A program made the translations under genes and the position numbers. A stretch of 60,576 bases of DNA, filler included, from Sluysia triapertura (Eukaryota): assembly GCA_046118255.1 (NCBI GenBank). It is 4 parts of 4 records of this genome, joined end to end, with 100 filler letters (N's around TTAATTAATTAA, not from the genome) between each part and the next. Parts side by side here need not be neighbours in the genome. Positions count along the whole stretch, not along the records: positions 49,581 to 60,576 come from JBJNIA010190374.1; 3 more parts are not named here. One strand, 5' to 3'. Below the pieces are notes generated by a model. That model made no database searches, was not told the DNA's origin, and saw nothing but the letters and a program-made list of their open reading frames with translations. Positions within the stretch are counted from its first letter, which is position 1, and each line of letters starts with the position of its first letter. Positions 53,590-60,576 of this stretch are shown here, in pieces.

Positions 53590-54495
53590 TTTTATTACCT
53601 TTAGTTTAGGACGTGCGCTCTAGCAGTAGTAATAAGTAGATGATGTATAATGTATGCAATCGTAGGTGTTATTTTCAAGGTGACAATTTGAACGATGATT
53701 AAAAATCATGTAATTTTCAATAGACGGATGCCTTAAAAAGTGTCAAACTTAGACTCCAAAATTTAAACGTTACAATTACTACATGAAAATAAAAACCGCT
53801 TTAAAGACTTTAGCTGTACACTTAATTCTGGAAGTGAGAGGAAACTTTATTTGACTATGATGAACAAACATTTGATATATGTTGTTTATCTAGTTCGAAC
53901 ATCAAATTTTGTTGTAATATCTGATTCATATTACATTTAACTTTTAGCAGAAGCAAATTTTATCAGAAATAAATTAATAAATGTAATATAACTTGAATTT
54001 AAAAATATTGTAATTATTTAAAATAGCCAATAGCCAGTAGACAAAATATAGAGCATCGATTTATTCAAAATTATGTGATATTGTTCTATCCTATACGTCA
54101 ATAACCAAATATTTAAAATAATTTAATCCTTATATAAATACACAAAATTTCTCAATTACATCAGCTAATAATATAATAAAAATAAATATAATTTATATAT
54201 TATTACGATAATGTATGGTAGTAGGTGTTAATAATGCCTACAATTTTTATAATTGATTTATGTTACGCACAAAATAGAATAGAATAGTATAATTATATTT
54301 GGTTATGTAATGAAAGTAGTGAACAATAAACAAGAGTTCTATAGTTTCAATTCGACATGCATTCTTTCTGTATGGTTTAATATGATTTGAATTTAATGTG
54401 ATTTAGAATCAAATAGTTTCCATTAGCATTGGAATTATTGTATTGTTACTGGCTTTGATATTTTTAGTTTCTTGCCACTTGATTATAGATAAAAG
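50850..54495 (+). pseudogene. Possible multi-exon type I membrane protein (cadherin-like) relic
   Basis: Scattered exon-like pieces (LILPINENT ~53330, LFDYDEQ ~53846) and a TM SISIGIIVLLLALIFLVSCHLIIDK followed by a gtatg donor at 54496; no complete model can be built. Confidence 0.25.
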
Positions 54496-57069
54496 GTATG
54501 ATTTTAGTTCTATTTTATAAATTGTGGACATAATTTTAGGGAGAAAAGAAATGGAAACATTGATAAAGACGATAAATAGTTAAAATGTTTAATGGATTGT
54601 TTTCAATACAGATTTTATTTTTGATATTTTAAGTTTTATTTTATTTCTGATATTTTATATAAACTTGTCGACTGAGGAAATAAGCTAAAAAGTTTTAATT
54701 TAATTTGAATCGTAATTTCTTTTAATATTTTGAGTATTGAAATAAGCCATTAATACATATTAAGCCATATTAAATAGGAAGTAAAAGACCACAATTTCAT
54801 ATAATTATCTAATACTATTATTAATATTAAACTAAATATTTTATCTTTAAAGATATAATTCACTTTATATATTTTATGGTGCTGTAAAGAAATAATTTTA
54901 AATTAACATTAAAATAATTTCTTAATCATTTACTTAACATCAATGAATTCAAAGAAATGCCTGAAATTTTAAAAAACGGTTCGAAAATAGAAAAGAAAAC
55001 AAGTCATAAATATAATCAAAAATAATAAAAGAAAGAAGAGAGCTTATCAGACTTAATCAACTAAGAAAGAAACCACAATCTAGCTTGGTAGGTATTTATT
55101 TCTTTATTATGTTTTATATCATGCAACGATTTTATTACGTGATCTTTTGAAGTATAGTAATGTTATGACGATCATCACTGCTTGTAAACTCATATTCAAT
55201 TACATCATCTATAATGAATTCAAATTTAGAGTTTATTTTATAATGTAAAATGTCATATTTTCACTAATTGTAAAATGTCGTCAACCACTATCTGTCTACT
55301 TTTATTTTATTATTATTTTTGTTTCTTATGATTTTTTTCGATTTATGGAAATTATATTTTAAATAAAATAAGAAAGCAAACTGTTGGATTTTTCTTTATT
55401 CTTTAGCAACATAATTAACAGCAATGATTCACCTATAGTTACGATTTATAGTCCACCTGACAGACGTAGGAATTAAAATAGGACTATAGCGAGGGTCTAA
55501 ACATACTTAGTGTCTCTCCTGATGTCAAAGAAAATTTCACCTTATTAATTACTTAACTAATTCTTTATTTCAACACTCTATTTTAACTTCAAATTATTTA
55601 AACAAAAAACAAATCTTAAGATATATTATGATAATGTAAAAACAAAATATCAATATTAAATACAAAGTTATTCATGAATTTGTTTAAAAATACAAAATAT
55701 AAAAGATTATATCCACAGAATAAAAGATTAAATATAGTGAGTCCACCAACGTACTAGCCGTTGGGTTTTAATGAAAAAATTTAATATGGAGGTTAAATTA
55801 TGATTCATTTGCTATACAAAATTGCGACAAGTAAATAATTTTAAAATGTTATTGATGAGTTTACAAAAATCCTGTTAAAAGGATTTATAATTTCTTTAAT
55901 TTTACAAATCTGAATAAATTTCGTAGAAGTATTTTAAAAATTTTATAACTATTTAATTTACGTTGGATGTGATAAATGTATCCATTAACAAGTATTAAAT
56001 TTAAAAGAACAAATAATTTATCAAGGTATGTTAATAATTCAGTATAATGGTTTAACAAAAAATAATATAATACAATGATCTAATAATATAATGTTATAAT
56101 ATATTACGTGATTAGGTTAACATAGATTAACTTAATCTATGTTAATACAATGTGATAAAAATTTTACAGAATAACCATGAAAAGGTTCCAAAAAATTATA
56201 AACAATATTTTTAGTATATTTCACAAAAATACATTAAAACTATCAACAACTTATGAAAAATAAACTAACGAAATAACAAAAATGGAAAGATTGTTCGATC
56301 AAAATTATTGTTCAAGGACTTTGTCTCAGAAAACTGTGATTTAAATGTTAAAACCAATTTGTGTGTTTTGTGTTGAAATTGTATTCTATTTATAATGATT
56401 TTTATCGTCCATGAACGATTTTAGACAAATAAAATTTTTAAAATTTATTTAATTTAAACAAGTTTATTTAAATATTTAATATTATATTTCAAATCCTTTA
56501 TTTTATATTATTTTAAAAATAAAATGCTTACATTGAAAGGAATACTTAATCACAGTATCCAAATCAATAATTAAAATCAATAGTTAAAATATTAAATAAT
56601 TTATAATCGAAAAACTGTTTCAAAAACTGTGTTTCAACAATTGTATCCTGAGTTTTAATACTCCATATTCAGACTTTGATAATTAATTATTTATTTTAAT
56701 TAATTCGGATTTGGTAATTTACAGTTAAAAGCTCTAATGAAAATAAATATTATAAATATTAAAGTCCAATTAATGATGATTTTCTTTCTGTCGTAAATAA
56801 AATAAATATTAAAGTTCAAATTTTCTACTTACAATTGAATAATTATATAATTTTACAAATACAATTTAATCGTTATAATTTCTGAAACACTAATTAATCT
56901 TACCAAATACTATTTAATAATACAATTTAATACAATTTATCTTTTATCTTCTGACAAATACTTTCCCAACCGGAAAAGATTTGTACTCAAATTAAACAAA
57001 AGAAAACAATTGATAAGTACATAAATATTGTTAATTGTTAAAAGCATCATAGAAATATACATAATCAAA

Positions 57070-57720
57070 TGTCAGCACCATATGGAGACTGGTGTGATTA
57101 AAGATAGATATTTGATTTAAATTAGGTGCTTTATTGTTATCGTAAGGTCTCTATGATACTGGACTTACTCACTGAAGGGCTAGCACATAGATTTGCAGCT
57201 TAAGAAAAATAAAATTTGAGGTATGTGTTAATTTATTCTTAATTCTACGTATTTCTTAATTCGAGGTGCTTAAAGCAATTGAGTTTTCTTAATCTTTTAT
57301 AATTTAAAGAATAAATGGAGTATTATTATGATTCGAATAATTTTATTTTTCCAGAAATTATCAAATCTTTAAAAAATATACAAATCTTTAAATAAAGATA
57401 TAAGGGACGTTATGATCTATTTATTAATATAAATACCAAAATCAATAATATCAGTTTAATTATATACTTAAAAAATGTAAAATCAAACTTATATAGGAAT
57501 AAGAATTTCAATCGTCAAACGTGTTTATATAATTGTGAGAAATTAAAGAGTAAAGCAATAGAATAAATGGAGAACTTATTGTGAGTCCACCAACGTATTG
57601 GGCTTATCGATTAGGGCCAACGTTGGATTTTTGGTAAATTAAAAAAAAATCTCAAAAATGTAAGGTTTATTAAAAACTTCTAGCTACCTGGAGGTAAATA
57701 ATGGTATAAAATTTATTTAA
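57070..57720 (+). repeat. Diverged repeat related to the window start (1-80) and to 55737-55800; probable LTR remnant
   Basis: gtctctatgatactggacttactcactgaagggctagcacatagat (~57147) resembles gtcctctataatatccggcttacacgcttaagggctgatacatagat (20-66); gtgagtccaccaacgta occurs at 55737 and 57581. Confidence 0.45.
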
Positions 57721-57942
57721 AAGAATTAATCAAGTTTAAAAAATGATTTTTCGTCGATTCCTTTATATGGAATCTTTAAATGTTATTTTACGTAGCTAGA
57801 GATAAATTCTAGCTGTTGAAAATCATAAAGAAGGACTAGTTTTATATTTGAAACTATATAATTTGTAATTTATAATGAAAATCAACAAATTGTATAATTT
57901 ATTCGTAAAAGATGTTTCAAAATGAATTATATAATGATACAA

Positions 57943-57981
<39 letters not shown>

Positions 57982-60576
57982 CCTAAATTAACTAAACAAG
58001 TTAATTTCCTATCGTCAAAATTTTAAAATAATATTTTACAATTGATCTATGAAAAGATCAGGAAGTTTTAAACAAAAGAATTTACGTCTGATACTATACA
58101 GCATCGACCTTAAAATAATTAAACTAACATGGCTTGCAAAATATTAAAAAAATTTTGTAGAACTGGAATTACAATCTTCGGAAAACACTGATTTACAAAA
58201 AAGCTGTTTGTTATGATTATGTTTGAAAAATAGTGTCAATTCGACCTTGACCGAATTGAAACAAAAATTAAAAATTAAAATGATCTTTTGCAAACCTCAT
58301 TAAAAATAACTAGATTATAATTAATTAATTAAATATTCAAAATAATTAAATAATAAATAATTAAAAACAATAGTTACTTTTAATAAAAATCCAAAAGATA
58401 AAAATCCAATAATAATTAAAATTAAAAAGTAATTAATAAAAATTCATTAATTACATTAAAAAATAATTCATTAATGAATATTTTTTAAAATTCATTAAAA
58501 AATAAATAATCAATAGTTCATAGCAATAACAATACAATGATTGGTCACAATAAATTATAACGTAATAAACAATATTTAGTAACAAATATGAGTCACAATA
58601 AATGATGATTATTTTACATAATGTCAAATATACAAAAGTTATTTTAAATAAGAATGTCACACAGAATACTAAAGATTAATTTACACAATATTTAATAATA
58701 TTAATTTTATGATTAATATTAAACTATCGTAGTTTATAAAACAAAATTTATTTTGTAAATAAATAAAAATATTACTCTGTTATAACTTAAGTTAAGTGTA
58801 ATTTGTGCAATTAATTTGAATTTTTTCTTAAAATTATCAGAAGACTATCGATTAGTTACAGTAAACTATTAAATTGAATTTCCAGAGATTAAATTGATAA
58901 ATAAATTATGATTTCTTTTCTTCAAGTAAAATATATCATCCAACGCATAAACAATTTAAATTCTCTTCCAACTATGACCAATACAACAAATATAAACTAT
59001 AGCTTTTTAATTGTTTTAATTGTCAAATAATCGTCAAATTTCCAGAATACCAAGTAAATTCAAATGTAATTCAAAAATTTTAAAATACTAAATAAATACT
59101 TTGAACTTTGTAAATCAAATTTCACTTATTATTTTGTAGCGATTTAGATTCGCTATTTATAGACTTTCCAAATATTATTTTTAGAACTGCTATTAATAAA
59201 ACAGTAATTTTAATAATTAAAACAATTATAATATTTTTATAACTTTTTTAAATTAATTATATTATTTTTAATAATATATTTTTCAAATACTATTATTATA
59301 ATTTAATAATTTTTTAATACATTAATAAATACATTAACAATTTAATATTCCAATTTAATCTATTAAAAATAATGTTTAAAATATCAAAAATACATTATTT
59401 AAGTACAATAAAATACACTTTATACATAATACATTATTATAATAATACATAATACGTTACAGTAATGTATGCTAATATGGCGGATATTAATATAAATATA
59501 ATTCAAAATTTGAATTAATTCACAAGAGTGATCTTTGGAATTTTAACACTAACTTTTCGTCCATATAGGATTTACAATTACAATGGATTCCATGTTAAGG
59601 TAACGTTTTTTACATAATATGCATAAAATATAATATACCGTAACAGGCATATTATATTTTCTGACCGTAAAAAGGCTGACTTATATTATAAATATATAAA
59701 TAATAATAATAATTTCGATAATATTTATGTCACATATAAACTAGATTACTTGTTGTTTCTTATAAACAGATTCAAACGCTCATAAGTATTATATTGAATA
59801 ATAAGTAAATTTTTTCGTCGTTACCTCAAAAAAACATAATTCGATCATACGTAACACGTTCCTAATTAGTCGAACTGGCCCTCACGATTTTTTGTAAGTG
59901 TAATTCTAAGCTTTTATAAGTAAAGCACTTGTAATTCTGTCGGTTTCTATTGGTTGATGACTAGTATATAAACGAGATCAATTTCATTATTACTTACTAA
60001 AGTTTTACACTATTTATTGCTATTTTCTTTGTTGCGTGGATACTTTGGCTACGATTTTGACAGTTCCATTTTGGTGCCCATCTCTGATTTTCTATTCGCA
60101 TATTCTTAGCGATCAACATTTCATTAAGTCTCAAATTGATATTCCTTTCTACGAATGCGGTAAATTATTTTTATAAGGAATTTTTAGCTCTCGAAGAAGA
60201 TAAAAATAATAAACTATTACATTAAAATATTTTTGTTAAATTAGTTTTTGCCCCGATCTATTGAGAGGAATTTTCTATAATTAAAATCAATTAGCAAAAT
60301 TAAATATTCAGAAGAATTTTAATTTTTAAAATTGCATAAAATTTTGATTTCTTAGTATTTATTGTTTTTTAATAAAAATTGGTGATATTTAATAATTATT
60401 TTATTATTGTTTGAAAGACAAATTGATTGAATATATAAACATATTTCACTCAAAATTTTTAAGACCCTCTGGAAAATTAAGGACGCACTATACACATTTT
60501 TAAAGTAAATTTATTAAAATTGTTAGTTTAAAGATTAAAGAAACTCCAACTGCACGATGTAAGACGTTTACTGTAA

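Noticed and set aside
59950-60150. Possible GPCR TM6 fragment (LFIAIFFVAWIL)
   Set aside because: One hydrophobic stretch without other class A motifs.
1-60576. CRISPR arrays, tRNA or rRNA genes
   Set aside because: No regularly spaced repeat-spacer array or recognisable tRNA/rRNA sequence seen by eye; the DNA is eukaryotic.

Overview
Very AT-rich animal (eukaryotic) genomic DNA. Four contigs are joined by artificial 100-bp spacers (44 N + TTAATTAATTAA + 44 N) at 18688-18787, 31748-31847 and 49481-49580, so no linkage should be inferred across them. The window is mostly decayed transposons and pseudogenes. Contig 1 holds a degraded Ty3/gypsy retroelement with the unusual order gag(CCHC) - ubiquitin-like domain - chuvirus-type glycoprotein - protease - RT, interrupted by three LTR copies. 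On the opposite strand is a gypsy integrase whose C-terminus runs in frame into a signal-peptide/FN3/transmembrane protein in the env position. Host-type genes or relics include a SHARPIN/HOIL-1-like LTM-UBL gene with a 35-nt intron, protocadherin-like, MAPK-phosphatase-like plus RING, and class A GPCR relics, and a small TATA/Inr-driven UBL-like gene. hAT, piggyBac, Penelope-like and CR1 remnants and many (ATT)n microsatellites are also present. The AT content and tiny intron would fit a compact invertebrate genome such as an orthonectid, but that is inference only. All family calls come from manual translation and motif recognition; no searches were run.
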